64,000 nt of DNA from NCBI GenBank assembly GCA_965649265.1, contig CBFGKC010000001.1:45119-109118 (forward strand). The letters run 5' to 3'. The notes beneath the pieces are model-generated. The model was not told the DNA's origin and made no database searches. It was given only the letters and a program-made list of their open reading frames with translations. Of this stretch, positions 9,355 through 19,286 are shown piece by piece. The stretch comes from a candidate division WOR-3 bacterium. GTDB taxonomy: Bacteria > Hydrothermota > Tepidihabitantia > B3-TA06. A program made the translations under genes and the position numbers. Positions within the stretch are counted from its first letter, which is position 1. Each line of letters starts with the position of its first letter.

Positions 9355-10515
9355 ATGAAAAAGTTGAAACCTGTTGAAAAGGAACTGGCCGTGTCGGGCG
9401 CTGCCTCGACCTGGTTCGGTAACATTCTGACAAGTATGCCGGTCTCCTCCACCTCGTTTCTAGAAAGACACGAAGGAAGGGACATCTGGCAGGTTTTTGA
9501 GGAGATGATGGAGGATTCCCATATCCAGAGCGCCTTTGCCTCGAGACGGGCGGGTGTTTCGGGCAGGCGATGGGATGTGACGCCCTTCGACGAATCGGCG
9601 CGCTCGAGGAAGGTGGCCGATTTCGTGCGCAAGACGCTCGCAAGGATTCCGAATTTCGAGCACGCCCTCGGGCATCTGCTCAAAGCGGTGCCCTACGGAC
9701 ACTCGGTTCTCGAGATCATGTGGCGCATAGACCCCGACGCAGTCAGGGTTGACGCATTAAGGACTCGCAGGCCGGAGCGCTTCACGCTTCTGGAAAACTC
9801 CGGCCTCAAGCTGGTAGACGATTCACAGGGCGGCGAACGCTCGCTCCCCGCGCGCAAGTTCGTCTGCCACAGGCACGAGCCGCAGGACGATATCCCATTC
9901 GCGAAGCCGCTCCTCTTGTCGCTTTACTGGCCGTGGTACTTCAAAAAGAACGGGCAGGCCTTCTGGATGGTTCTCGCCGAGAAGTTCGGCATCCCGTCCG
10001 TGATCGGCCGCTACCCCTCTCATTTTACCGATGCGGACGTGAAGAACCTCGCGAGCGCTCTCATAAACCTGCAGCAGGACTCGGTCGCCGCGGTGCCACA
10101 GGAGACGCAGGTGGAAGTCGAAAGCATCCAGGTGGGCGAGAAGGGTTCCTTCTTCAGGGAGCTTTTGGATTTCATGAACGCGGAGGTATCCAAGACGGTA
10201 CTCGGAGGAACCTTGACCCAGGAGGTGGGCAACGTCGGCTCTTACGCAGCTGCGAAAACCCACCAGGAGGTTCGGCAGGAGATAATCGCGGCGGACGCCA
10301 GGCTCCTTCAGACGACCGTCAACTCGACGCTCGTGCGCTGGCTCGTGGATTTCAACTACGGGCCGGACGTCGAGGCCCCCTCGTTCGTCGTCGACTACCT
10401 CCCCCCTCGCGGCACGCCCGAGTTCGCGCAAGTGCTGAAGACGCTTTCAGATATGGGATACAAGGTTCCCGAGCGCTTCATCGCCGAAACCTTCGGCCTG
10501 CCCGAGAGCGAATAA
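9355..10515 (+). CDS. Mu-like phage portal protein (DUF935 / gp29 family)
   Basis: Motifs DSHIQSAFASRR, LKAVPYGHSVLEIMW, YWPWYFKK, EKFGIPSVIGRYP, VSKTVLGGTLT, GSYAAAKTHQEVR and WLVDFNYG. Confidence 0.9.
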   Translation: MKKLKPVEKELAVSGAASTWFGNILTSMPVSSTSFLERHEGRDIWQVFEEMMEDSHIQSAFASRRAGVSGRRWDVTPFDESARSRKVADFVRKTLARIPNFEHALGHLLKAVPYGHSVLEIMWRIDPDAVRVDALRTRRPERFTLLENSGLKLVDDSQGGERSLPARKFVCHRHEPQDDIPFAKPLLLSLYWPWYFKKNGQAFWMVLAEKFGIPSVIGRYPSHFTDADVKNLASALINLQQDSVAAVPQETQVEVESIQVGEKGSFFRELLDFMNAEVSKTVLGGTLTQEVGNVGSYAAAKTHQEVRQEIIAADARLLQTTVNSTLVRWLVDFNYGPDVEAPSFVVDYLPPRGTPEFAQVLKTLSDMGYKVPERFIAETFGLPESE

Positions 10516-10538
10516 ATTACCCTATTGACTAGGTATGA

Positions 10539-12041
10539 ATGTCACTGTATCATTTATCCATAGTGGATAGTATCGAGGACAAACAGATTGCATATAAGTG
10601 GCAAACCATTGAGGACCTCCCTAAGGACTGGGGGGTCCTCGCAGCCCCGGATCTCCCTTCTCTTTCAGAGATATGGAAAGAACAGTCAGACAGGTTAAGG
10701 CAAAGACCTGAATGGCAAACTTTCCTTGATCGTCTTAAGAGAAAATGGTCAATTGAAACAGGAATAATTGAACATATATACGACATCGATCGTGGCATTA
10801 CCGAAATTCTTATAGAACAGGGCATCAAGGAAAGTCTTATTCCTCACGGTACAAGTGATAAATCACCCCAAGAAATCATACCTATAATTGAGGATCACGA
10901 AGAGGTGATTGATGGCCTTTTTGATTTTGTCAAAAACCAAAGAGCTTTGACAACATCTTATATTAAAGAATTGCACTATGTATTAACACGCCATCAATTA
11001 ACAACCGTCGGTATAAATGGAATGGGCAGGAAAGCCGATATAAAACTCTTACGGGGTGATTGGAAAAAATGGCCTAACAACCCCACTAGACCTGATGGCA
11101 AGACTCATGAATATTGTCCACCAGAACAAGTAGCGTCTGAAATAGAAAATTTGGTAAAAATGCATCTGGAACATGATAACGCTAAAGTCCCTCCAGAAGT
11201 TGAGGCTGCTTGGTTCCATCATCGCTTTACACAGATACACCCTTTTATGGATGGTAATGGCAGGGTAGCGCGGGCTTTGGCTTCTTTAATCTTCATAAGA
11301 GCCGGATGGTTTCCACTTGTAGTAACACGGGATGACAGAGTGGCATATTTGGATTCCCTTGAGATTGCTGATCGTGGTGACTTAGGGCCTTTGGTTAATC
11401 AATTTGTTTCTATCCAAAAAAGAGCATTTGTAAAGGCACTCAGCATCAGTGAAGATGTTCTTACAGATTCAAAGAAAAAAGTCCTTGATTCGGTAGCTCA
11501 AAGGCTTCGGGCAAGAAAAGAGGAATTCAGTGTTCAAAGAAAAGGCTTGGAGGATAGAGCTCTTCTATTAAAGAAATTATTAGGCATTGAGCTAGATAAC
11601 ATTTCTCATGACGTTGAGAAAACTCTCAAAGATGCCGACCCCCGCTATTACGTAAAAATTTATAAGAGTATGCCTGAACAATGGCACTGGTATAAGTGGC
11701 AAATTGTTCAAATTGCAAAGGAATTTGAGAATTATTTTGCTAACATCGGATTACTTCATTGTTGGGTACGATTGGTAATCCATGAATCCCAAGAAGTCAA
11801 TTTTGTCGTCTCAATTCACGCTCTAGGAACAGAGTTTCGAGGCGTTGGAGCTTGTTCCGCTTTTGTTTTTTTCAAAGAATTCAGACAGGATGAGGAAGAG
11901 ATCGCCGATTTAAAACCTGCCTGCCGTGAGGTATTTCAGTTCACGTACAAAGAAGATAAAGACAAATTAAAGAAACGGTTTGAAAATTGGCTTGCGGACA
12001 GCATTACTATAGGTCTTGATATCTGGCGCAAGTCTCTTTAG
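10539..12041 (+). CDS. Fic family protein with a long C-terminal extension
   Basis: Canonical Fic motif HPFMDGNGRVAR; visibly AT-richer than flanks; true start may be GTG 10563. Confidence 0.9.
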   Translation: MSLYHLSIVDSIEDKQIAYKWQTIEDLPKDWGVLAAPDLPSLSEIWKEQSDRLRQRPEWQTFLDRLKRKWSIETGIIEHIYDIDRGITEILIEQGIKESLIPHGTSDKSPQEIIPIIEDHEEVIDGLFDFVKNQRALTTSYIKELHYVLTRHQLTTVGINGMGRKADIKLLRGDWKKWPNNPTRPDGKTHEYCPPEQVASEIENLVKMHLEHDNAKVPPEVEAAWFHHRFTQIHPFMDGNGRVARALASLIFIRAGWFPLVVTRDDRVAYLDSLEIADRGDLGPLVNQFVSIQKRAFVKALSISEDVLTDSKKKVLDSVAQRLRARKEEFSVQRKGLEDRALLLKKLLGIELDNISHDVEKTLKDADPRYYVKIYKSMPEQWHWYKWQIVQIAKEFENYFANIGLLHCWVRLVIHESQEVNFVVSIHALGTEFRGVGACSAFVFFKEFRQDEEEIADLKPACREVFQFTYKEDKDKLKKRFENWLADSITIGLDIWRKSL

Positions 12042-12122
12042 TCTATTTCTTAACATCCTTTTTTCTACTTGACAATCTCCCGCGTCTGCTTATATTATTA
12101 AAAAACAAACTCGGAGGCGCGT

Positions 12123-13079
12123 ATGAAGCGAGTTGCGCTGCTAATTGCTTTCGTATCGACTGCTTTGTTTTTCGCAGGTTGCGAAAAAAAGTTGCCTGAT
12201 AATCTCAAGGGAGAGATTGCGTTCGTGAGCTCCATGGAGAACGACGGCGCGCACGACATATACGTAATCAGTCTTCCATCCAAGGAAGTTCGCCAGCTGA
12301 CCAAGACTGCGGGTACCGATGTCGAGAACATGTACATAGACTGGTGCCCGGCGGGGCCGATCGCGTTCGCGAGCACCCGCGACAGACACTACGAACTTTA
12401 CACCATCAACCCCGACGGCACCGGAGAAACCCGCCTGACGAAGGGCGAAAACGACAATCTCTACCCGGCGATGCGCTGGGACGGCAAGCTGATTGCGTTT
12501 TCGGCCACGGTTCTGACACCAAAGGGTTTGCCGGAGAAAGACATATTCGTCATGGATATGACGTCAAGAAAACCCGAACGTCTGACAAACACGCCCGAGG
12601 ACGAGGTCTCCCTGCGCTGGTCGCCCGACGGAAAGAGCCTTGCCTACTCCCGCTACGTGATGGGCCAGTCGGAGATCTTCGTCTACGATTTCGCCACAAA
12701 GAAATCCACCCAGCTCACCGATAATCCCGCTGAGGACGTCAATCCCTCGTGGACGCCCGATTCAAAATACATCGTCTTCTCCTCGACAAGGGCGGACACC
12801 GTGAACACCGGCGAGGACAAGCTTTACGCGATATACGCGATGAACGCCGTGGACGGCTCGAGCGTGACCGAACTCTTAAACGAGGTCAAGGACGGCTACT
12901 CGGTGGGCAATCCATCAATCTCTCAGGACGGCCTCTGGCTTGCCTACCAGTACAGACACAAAAACTGGGATTACATGTACCTCGCAGTAAGAAGCGTGGA
13001 CGGCAAGCAGGACTACGACATCGTGAAGAACATCTATTTCAACCGCAACCCGGTCTGGTGCCCGTTGCCGCCTAAATAA
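12123..13079 (+). CDS. TolB-like PD40 beta-propeller lipoprotein
   Basis: Lipobox FAGC; repeated WSPDGK / WTPDSK / ISQDG motifs; promoter TTGACA-16-TATATT at 12069-12096. Confidence 0.85.
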   Translation: MKRVALLIAFVSTALFFAGCEKKLPDNLKGEIAFVSSMENDGAHDIYVISLPSKEVRQLTKTAGTDVENMYIDWCPAGPIAFASTRDRHYELYTINPDGTGETRLTKGENDNLYPAMRWDGKLIAFSATVLTPKGLPEKDIFVMDMTSRKPERLTNTPEDEVSLRWSPDGKSLAYSRYVMGQSEIFVYDFATKKSTQLTDNPAEDVNPSWTPDSKYIVFSSTRADTVNTGEDKLYAIYAMNAVDGSSVTELLNEVKDGYSVGNPSISQDGLWLAYQYRHKNWDYMYLAVRSVDGKQDYDIVKNIYFNRNPVWCPLPPK

Positions 13080-13117
13080 GATTCCAATCGAACGCCCTGG
13101 AGGGGTTGCGTTCAACT

Positions 13118-13144
13118 AAAAAGCAGGCTCCGGCCTGCTTTTTA
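13118..13144. terminator. Bidirectional intrinsic terminator
   Basis: AAAAAGCAGGC TCCG GCCTGCTTTTT between convergent genes. Confidence 0.8.
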
Positions 13145-13186
13145 GTTACGTACTACTTTTTGGCTCCGCAAAAATGATCAGGGAAT

Positions 13187-15262
13187 TCAAGGGTTGTTTG
13201 ATTCGACGATTATTTTCGAGAAATCGGCCACCTTGAGAAATTCCTCGCGAATGGCTGCGAGCATTCCGAGCCGGTTTGCGCGCACCTTTTCGTCCTCGAC
13301 CATGACGAAGACGTCGTCGAAAAACTTGTCGATGGCCGGGCGGATGGAAAGGAGCAATTCGAGTGCTTTCTCGTAGTTTTTCGATTCGCAGGCACTCTCG
13401 ATAAGAGGCCTTGCTCGTTCAGCCTCGGCCCAGAGAGTACGCTCCGAGGGCTCGGAGAAGAGACCGGGGGACGGGGGGGGCGGGGGGGCAATAGACCTGG
13501 TGATGTTTGCCAGGCGTTTCTGACCCACGGCCACTTGCTTGAACTCTTCGCCTTTGTTCAATTCCCTGAACGCCTGGAGGCGAATGAAACAATCATAAGG
13601 AGCGCTTGAAGCGACGGCGAGAACGGCGTCTACCCAGTCGTAGGCGAATCCCTTATCGATGAGAAAGAGCCTCTGCCTGTCGGCGAGAAATTCGGAGATC
13701 TCGCTGGATTTGGCTTGCTCTTTGCCCATTAAATCCAGGACCTTTTTGACGGCACTTGCGAGGTCGATCGAGAGCCTGCCCTCGACGCAAATCCGCGCGA
13801 TCGCCGTCGCCTGTCTGCGCAGCGCAAAGGGGTCCGACGAACCCTTGGGCGGTTTGCCGAGGACGAAGGTGGCCGCGATGTTGAGAAGCCTGTCTGCGAT
13901 TGCGAGCACGGCCGATTCGGGCGAGGAGGGTGAGGAGGGCGAGGAGGGCGTATCGGAGTATTGCTCACGGATCGCGGTCGAGACGGCCAGCGGCTCTCCA
14001 AGTTTCTCCGCGTAGATACCGCCAGCGATCCCCTGCAGGGAGGTGAACTCCTTCTCGCGCACGAGGTTCGAGAGGAGATCGGCTTTCGCAAGGTGTGCGG
14101 CCCGCTCGTAAGTAACGCGGTCGAAACCCGGGATCATCTCCCCGATAAACAAGCCGAGCGTGGAGAGCCAGGCGGTCTTTTGCGCCAGCGTGCCTATTCC
14201 CTTTATCCACTCTACGCGTGATTCCTCTGCGACGAGAGGTTCGAGGCCTTTTTCGAGGTCTTCTTTTATGAAGAACTCGGCATCCTCAAGCCGCGAAACG
14301 GACATGCGCTCGAACCAGGGCCGCACGAGCGCGGGGTCGAGCATGGGCGCGTTTGTCACGACGAGGAAGTGGGGGAGGAGTTTTGATTTCTTTTCGATTA
14401 CAAAAGCGCGCTGGTGCTTTGCGAGAGCGGTCTCCAAAACCTCGCGCGGGAGGTCGGCGAAAGTCCCGAGGTTGCAGTCAAGCGCCACGGGGTATTCGAC
14501 GAGATCGGTTACCTCCTCGACGAGTTCTTCGTTGGGAACGAGCGCGCCGCCGAGTTCTTTAGCTTTGTCCGACAGCTCTTTTATCACCTGGGTTTTCCGC
14601 TCATCGCGGTCGACGAGAACGTAAGCGTCGCGGAGCTTTGGAACATATTCATCAGGATTGTTAATAGTGACCGGTTCGGGATGAGCGAAGCGGTGGCCGC
14701 GGGTCGTGCTGGAGGATGAGAGTCCGGCGAACTCGAACTTCACGACCTCTTCCCCGAAAAGACAGCAAATCCAGCGAGCAGGTCTTGCGTAAGTATCGTT
14801 ACCCGCCTGAGGCCAACGCATGTTCTTTGGGAAAGGGATTTTTTTGATAACTTCCGGGAGGATTCTTTGAAGAATTGCCGATGTTTGCTCACCGCCTACA
14901 GACCGTTTTACGCAAACGTAATTTCCCTTTTCGGACTCCTTGATGAAGAGTGCGGATTCCGTGACACTGAGACTTTCCGCGAATTTCTTTGCCGCAACGG
15001 TCCAGTTCCCGTCCTGGTCTTTGGCGACCTTGGCGGGCGGTCCCTGGCGCTCCTCGGATTTTTCGGGACTTGAGACGGACAGGGAGGCAAGAAGGGAGAG
15101 CCTGCGTGGAGACCAGATGGGTTTTAATAACTCGACGACTATGCCTTCCCTTTCGAGGGATAATTTGAGATTTTCTGAGAGCGCGGCGGCTGCGGGCTCA
15201 AGATAGGAAGCGGGAATTTCCTCGGTGCCTGTCTCGAGGAGGAATTGACGCATATCACTCAT
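13187..15262 (-). CDS. glyS: Glycine--tRNA ligase beta subunit
   Basis: [22 protein letters not shown]...[25 protein letters not shown] and NRLGML motifs; start overlaps the glyQ stop. Confidence 0.95.
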   Translation of the reverse strand: MSDMRQFLLETGTEEIPASYLEPAAAALSENLKLSLEREGIVVELLKPIWSPRRLSLLASLSVSSPEKSEERQGPPAKVAKDQDGNWTVAAKKFAESLSVTESALFIKESEKGNYVCVKRSVGGEQTSAILQRILPEVIKKIPFPKNMRWPQAGNDTYARPARWICCLFGEEVVKFEFAGLSSSSTTRGHRFAHPEPVTINNPDEYVPKLRDAYVLVDRDERKTQVIKELSDKAKELGGALVPNEELVEEVTDLVEYPVALDCNLGTFADLPREVLETALAKHQRAFVIEKKSKLLPHFLVVTNAPMLDPALVRPWFERMSVSRLEDAEFFIKEDLEKGLEPLVAEESRVEWIKGIGTLAQKTAWLSTLGLFIGEMIPGFDRVTYERAAHLAKADLLSNLVREKEFTSLQGIAGGIYAEKLGEPLAVSTAIREQYSDTPSSPSSPSSPESAVLAIADRLLNIAATFVLGKPPKGSSDPFALRRQATAIARICVEGRLSIDLASAVKKVLDLMGKEQAKSSEISEFLADRQRLFLIDKGFAYDWVDAVLAVASSAPYDCFIRLQAFRELNKGEEFKQVAVGQKRLANITRSIAPPPPPSPGLFSEPSERTLWAEAERARPLIESACESKNYEKALELLLSIRPAIDKFFDDVFVMVEDEKVRANRLGMLAAIREEFLKVADFSKIIVESNNP

Positions 15263-16145
15263 CCTTGCCCCCTTTCGATTCCTCTGGACCGAAGCGGTAG
15301 AGCTTTGCAACGGCCATAGCGAGCTTGCGCACACGCAGGATCGTTGCCGCGCGCTCGGTCACACTGATGGCGCCGCGAGCGTCGAGCAGGTTGAAGTAGT
15401 GCGAACACTTTATGACCGTGTCGTAGGCGGGCATCACGAGGTTTTTTGAGACGAGCCGGTGGCACTCGGCCTCGTAGTGATCGAAGGCCTTGCGGAGATA
15501 ATCGGTATCTGCTTCTTTGAGGGAGTAGGCGGAGAAGTCTTTTTCATTTTGACCGAACACCTCACCCCAGGTCATCATCTTGCCGTCCACCTCGCCCCAT
15601 GCGATGTCGAAGATGGATTCGACACCCTGAAGGAACATGGCAATGCGCTCGAGTCCGTAGGTGTATTCGACCGGGATCATGGGGAGTTCGAGGCCGCCCA
15701 CCTGCTGGAAGTAAGTGTACTGGGTGACCTCGATGCCGTCGAGGTCCACCTGCCATCCGAGCCCCCATGCGCCGAGCGTGGGGGATTCCCAGTCGTCCTC
15801 GGTGAAACGCAGATCGTGGCGCTCGAGGGGAATGCCGAGGGTTCGCAGGCTCTCGAGGTAGAGTTCCTGGGCGTTCTCAGGCGCGGGCTTGAGAATCGCC
15901 TGCAGCTGCCAGTGCTGGTAAACCCGAAGGGGGTTCTCGGCGTAACGGCCGTCGCGCGGCCGCTTTGACGGCTCGACGTACACGCAGCGCCAGGGACGGT
16001 CGTCGAGCACGCGAAGGAACGTGGCTGGGTTGAATGTTCCGGCGCCCACCTCGGACGAGTAGGGCTGCATCAGGATGCAGCCGCGTTCAATCCAGTAGCC
16101 CTGCAGCCTGCGGATTATCTCCTGAAACGTCAATTTTTCACTCAT
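15255..16145 (-). CDS. glyQ: Glycine--tRNA ligase alpha subunit
   Basis: [49 protein letters not shown] and YGLERIAM motifs. Confidence 0.97.
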   Translation of the reverse strand: MSEKLTFQEIIRRLQGYWIERGCILMQPYSSEVGAGTFNPATFLRVLDDRPWRCVYVEPSKRPRDGRYAENPLRVYQHWQLQAILKPAPENAQELYLESLRTLGIPLERHDLRFTEDDWESPTLGAWGLGWQVDLDGIEVTQYTYFQQVGGLELPMIPVEYTYGLERIAMFLQGVESIFDIAWGEVDGKMMTWGEVFGQNEKDFSAYSLKEADTDYLRKAFDHYEAECHRLVSKNLVMPAYDTVIKCSHYFNLLDARGAISVTERAATILRVRKLAMAVAKLYRFGPEESKGGKDE

Positions 16146-16150
16146 CAATA

Positions 16151-16786
16151 TCACTCCATTACGTAGAAAAATAATGGCGTCGAGCTCTGCAGATATAGTA
16201 TCCCCTTCAGAACAAGCTCGTCCGCCGTGACACCTCTCTTCTGCGCCTGCTTCGCGAGATACTCCGCGACGCTCGTGGACGCTGCGGGGGCTGCGAGGTT
16301 GAAGGTGCCCGAAGCGCTGCGGAAGGCGGCATTGGAGCCGCAGTAAAGGTCGCCATAGACCGCCGATGGACCACCGGGAACGAGGGAATCTCTTATCGGA
16401 ACGGTGTTGACCTGCGCGAGCCTCGCGAGCAGGTTTTCCATCTTTCCCCACGGACCCTTGTACTTCCCGATCGCATAGCCTTGGGAGCCTATGTAGTAGG
16501 TCGTGCCCGCGACGTACTCGTCCGACTCCTCTGGTTCGACTTCGGCCCCTTTCGCGAAGTCGTCGATTGCCTGCTGATCGCCAAGGCGAATGGACCCCAG
16601 GCCGAGCGTCCAGCTCGTCGTCGTGTTGCGTTCGATTACGACGACGTCTGCGTAAATCCACTGTGAGACGCTCGAGGACGCGCCTTCCGTCGTGATGCCC
16701 AGCCTTGCCGTATCGAGAACGAGCGAGTCGCGGCCCCACGAGAGCAAAGGAGCGGAGAGGAAAAGCAGGCTAAAGACCAAGCTCAC
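16151..16786 (-). CDS. Hypothetical exported protein
   Basis: N-terminal signal-like peptide; fits between the HDIG gene and glyQ in an apparent operon. Confidence 0.5.
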   Translation of the reverse strand: MSLVFSLLFLSAPLLSWGRDSLVLDTARLGITTEGASSSVSQWIYADVVVIERNTTTSWTLGLGSIRLGDQQAIDDFAKGAEVEPEESDEYVAGTTYYIGSQGYAIGKYKGPWGKMENLLARLAQVNTVPIRDSLVPGGPSAVYGDLYCGSNAAFRSASGTFNLAAPAASTSVAEYLAKQAQKRGVTADELVLKGILYLQSSTPLFFYVME

Positions 16787-17321
16787 AGCGGATTCCGCGT
16801 ATCGCTTCGAGGCAAGTGGTGACGAACTCTTCCAATTCCATGCCGAATTCCGAGCAGGTTCTTATCTGGTCGCGGTCGGCGCCTGCCGCGAAGCGCTTGT
16901 CCTTGAAGCGCTTGAGGACACTTTGAGCCTCGAGCCCGCCGAGTCTTTCAGGGTGCATTAGTGCGGCGGCCGTAATGAGACCGGTCAGCGGATCGACGGC
17001 GTAGAGAACCTTGTCCAGCGCCGATTCGCGCTCGATACCGCCCGCATGCGCACGGATGGCGTGGACGGCCTCGTCAGACAGGCCCCCCTCCCCTGCGAGT
17101 GCGGCCCCCCACTCGGCGTGAAGCATCATGTCGCCGGCCTTCTCGGCGTCCTCGTATGACACGTCGTGCAGTAGTCCGGCAAGGCCCCATATCGCGGGGT
17201 CCCCGCCGAATCTGGGGGCAAGCGCCGCAAGGCAAGCCTCGGTGCACCACATGTGCTTGCGAAGGTTGACGCTTGCGACCTTCTCCTCGACAAGTTTCAT
17301 GGCTTCATCTCTCGTAATCAT
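16770..17321 (-). CDS. HDIG-domain metal-dependent hydrolase
   Basis: LRKH...GLLHD...HA...AVDPLTGLITAAAL...KRFKDKRFAAGADR. Confidence 0.9.
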   Translation of the reverse strand: MITRDEAMKLVEEKVASVNLRKHMWCTEACLAALAPRFGGDPAIWGLAGLLHDVSYEDAEKAGDMMLHAEWGAALAGEGGLSDEAVHAIRAHAGGIERESALDKVLYAVDPLTGLITAAALMHPERLGGLEAQSVLKRFKDKRFAAGADRDQIRTCSEFGMELEEFVTTCLEAIRGIRCELGL

Positions 17322-17393
17322 GGGCTAAGAATAAGGAAAAACGCATGGAAGTCAATTGATACTCGGAAAATACGAATCATCTCAGACCCCCCG

Positions 17394-17430
17394 GGGGGCC
17401 CCTTGAAAATACGCGGTAATTTCATGGGGT
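17394..17430 (+). repeat. 37-bp GGGG(G)CCCC-hairpin-GGGGT repeat just downstream of tRNA-Thr
   Basis: GGGGGCCCC TTGAAAATAC GCG GTAATTTCAT GGGGT. Confidence 0.75.
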
Positions 17431-17434
17431 ACAA

Positions 17435-17506
17435 AGCCGACGAGTGGATTCGAACCACCGACCTACGCTTTACGAAAGCGTTGCTCTACCACTGAGCTAC
17501 GTCGGC
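17435..17506 (-). tRNA. tRNA-Thr(CGT), intact copy at the left att junction
   Basis: GCCGACGTAGCTCAGTGGTAGAGCAACGCTTTCGTAAAGCGTAGGTCGGTGGTTCGAATCCACTCGTCGGCT folds as a cloverleaf with anticodon CGT; CCA is not encoded. Confidence 0.95.
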
Positions 17507-17519
17507 AAATTTCATAATT

Positions 17520-18563
17520 TCATAGCTTGTTAGATTCAAAGACAGTTGAATTCTCTTGTTGTGCCATATTTGTGCCAACTTTATTTACCGCGTCAAGAAG
17601 GTGAGGGCGTGAGAGGTGAGAATAGCGAAGAGTCATCTTGATGTCCTTGTGGCCCAATAATTCCTGAACCGTGCGAATGTCAACGCCCGCCATCACGAGA
17701 TACGAGGCAAAGGTATGTCTCAGGTCGTGAAAGCGAAAATCAACGACTCCAGCACGGTTACAAGCGGTTTCAAAGGCTTTTCTCCAGTTGCCGTAGGGTC
17801 TGCCGTCAGGCTTGCGAAAGACGGTCTGCCCTTTGCGTTCTATGTTCAGCCTTTCGAGCACGGGGAGAAGCTTGTCGCTTATCGGAATCATCCTTTGTTC
17901 GTTATTCTTGGTTCGCATAAGCAGAATAGATCGTCTTTCAAAGTTGATGTCTTTCCATGTAAGCCCCATAAGCTCACCACGACGCATGCCTGTTTCAAGC
18001 GCAGCAAAGACTACCGCCCACAGCATCGGGTTTGCAGAGCACTCAAGAAGCAGCCTGTCTCGCTCCTCACACGAAAGAAACCTGGTAGGAGGGGGAGGGG
18101 TTCTAAGGCGTTTAATCTGACGTGCAGGATTAGCTTTGACGTAGTTCCAGTCAACGGCCTTGTTCATCATGTGTTTGATGGTTTCCATGTCGCGGTTTAC
18201 CGTGGCAGGTGCAACCTTCAGTGAACGTTGAGTCTGAAATTGCTCAATATCCCTTGTCGTTATTTCTGAAAGCTTCATATCGCCAAAGGCAGGTAGAATC
18301 TGATTGAGCGATGTTTCGTCTCTTTTGAATGAGGATATTTTTTTATGGGCTTTCGAGTATTCCAAGTATTCATCGGCATACGCCGCAAACGTTCGTGGTG
18401 CATCTGCCGGAATGCCTTGAGCCGTCTCGCTCTCGATGCGTCTTTGAATCTCTCCAAGTTTTGAAAGAGCAACCCGCTTGGTCCGTCCTGCGACCTTGCG
18501 GTACCTTTTCCCGCTATATGAGAAGTCGACATACCAGCGTTTATCACGCTCGTATATTCTCAT
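17520..18563 (-). CDS. Tyrosine recombinase / phage integrase
   Basis: Arm-binding N-terminus (WYVDFSYSGKRYR); catalytic motifs TGMRRGE, TKN, HDLRH, LLGH and RYSH. Confidence 0.95.
   Translation of the reverse strand: MRIYERDKRWYVDFSYSGKRYRKVAGRTKRVALSKLGEIQRRIESETAQGIPADAPRTFAAYADEYLEYSKAHKKISSFKRDETSLNQILPAFGDMKLSEITTRDIEQFQTQRSLKVAPATVNRDMETIKHMMNKAVDWNYVKANPARQIKRLRTPPPPTRFLSCEERDRLLLECSANPMLWAVVFAALETGMRRGELMGLTWKDINFERRSILLMRTKNNEQRMIPISDKLLPVLERLNIERKGQTVFRKPDGRPYGNWRKAFETACNRAGVVDFRFHDLRHTFASYLVMAGVDIRTVQELLGHKDIKMTLRYSHLSRPHLLDAVNKVGTNMAQQENSTVFESNKL
17560..17580. promoter_or_regulatory. Putative integrase arm-type sites (paired TGTGCCA, 11-bp period); second pair at 30934-30954
   Basis: TGTGCCAtattTGTGCCAACT inside the left end and TGTGCCAatttTGTGCCAACT inside the right end, in the same orientation. 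Confidence 0.65.
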
Positions 18564-18826
18564 AGCTTGGTTTCCATTATATTAGGCTTAAGAATCTTGT
18601 CAACGTCACGCTCGAATTCAACGTTGTTTGCAGTCATATCAGGCGGTTCGAAGTGCTGCACGGTAAGCCAGTGTTCGATTTCCGGTTGACTGAACCTCAA
18701 GGTTTTTCCTAAGCGAAAACAAGGTATTCGATCCTCTTCGACCCAACGGTACACGAGCGAACGAGACACGGCCAAATATCTCGCAATCTCGTTCACCGTC
18801 ATTAAAGGCTTTGTGAAATCATCCAT
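18560..18826 (-). CDS. Excisionase-type HTH_17 protein
   Basis: LMTVNEIARYLAVSRSLVYRWVEEDRIPCFRLGKTLRF; ATGA overlap with the integrase. Confidence 0.9.
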   Translation of the reverse strand: MDDFTKPLMTVNEIARYLAVSRSLVYRWVEEDRIPCFRLGKTLRFSQPEIEHWLTVQHFEPPDMTANNVEFERDVDKILKPNIMETKL

Positions 18827-18827
18827 C

Positions 18828-19286
18828 TTAATCTTGTCCGTCTTGTGTTATATTTTTAGGCATTGAAATAATCGGGAAATAATCATCCGTGATAGATTTA
18901 GAGACATATATTGCAGCACCTTCATTTGAAACAATCGGGCCAACGTCCATTGATTTTTCCGTGCACCATCCTTTCAAGGCTTTTTTCCAAAGTTTCTTGT
19001 AGACTTCAGGCGTAAGATTGGGGTTCTTTTCCTGAAGCAAGTGGATATGCGGTCTTCCGTGTTTTGCTTCAATAACCATTATGGTTGTAAGCTCCTTTCC
19101 GTGCTCCCTGTATCTTCTGCCAAAGGCCGCTTCATTAGTCAAACGTCTGAATCTCAAAGCCTTTCCACGTGCAGAATTGAAGCTGTGCGGTTTTGGAAAG
19201 TTAAACGTTCCAAAAGTATGCAGTCGGTTCGAAAGAGCTATGAACCATTTTGCATACTCCCTTTTCATATCGAAGATCTTTTTCAT
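18828..19286 (-). CDS. Small HUH-endonuclease / rolling-circle Rep-like protein
   Basis: Motif I FGTFNF, motif II HIHLL and motif III YVSK in the expected order; only 152 aa. Confidence 0.65.
   Translation of the reverse strand: MKKIFDMKREYAKWFIALSNRLHTFGTFNFPKPHSFNSARGKALRFRRLTNEAAFGRRYREHGKELTTIMVIEAKHGRPHIHLLQEKNPNLTPEVYKKLWKKALKGWCTEKSMDVGPIVSNEGAAIYVSKSITDDYFPIISMPKNITQDGQD

Noticed and set aside
13919-13949. 9-bp tandem repeat in glyS (SSPSSPSSP)
   Set aside because: A short in-frame slippage in a probable loop, with no sign of wider significance.
15255-16739. 494-aa extended GlyQ from the ORF track
   Set aside because: The first ~197 codons overlap another CDS in a different frame and are Arg-rich noise; GlyQ homology begins at ATG 16145.
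17520-18563. Integron integrase
   Set aside because: It has a phage-type arm-binding N-terminus, an adjacent xis and a tRNA att site; I saw no IntI-specific insertion and no cassette array.
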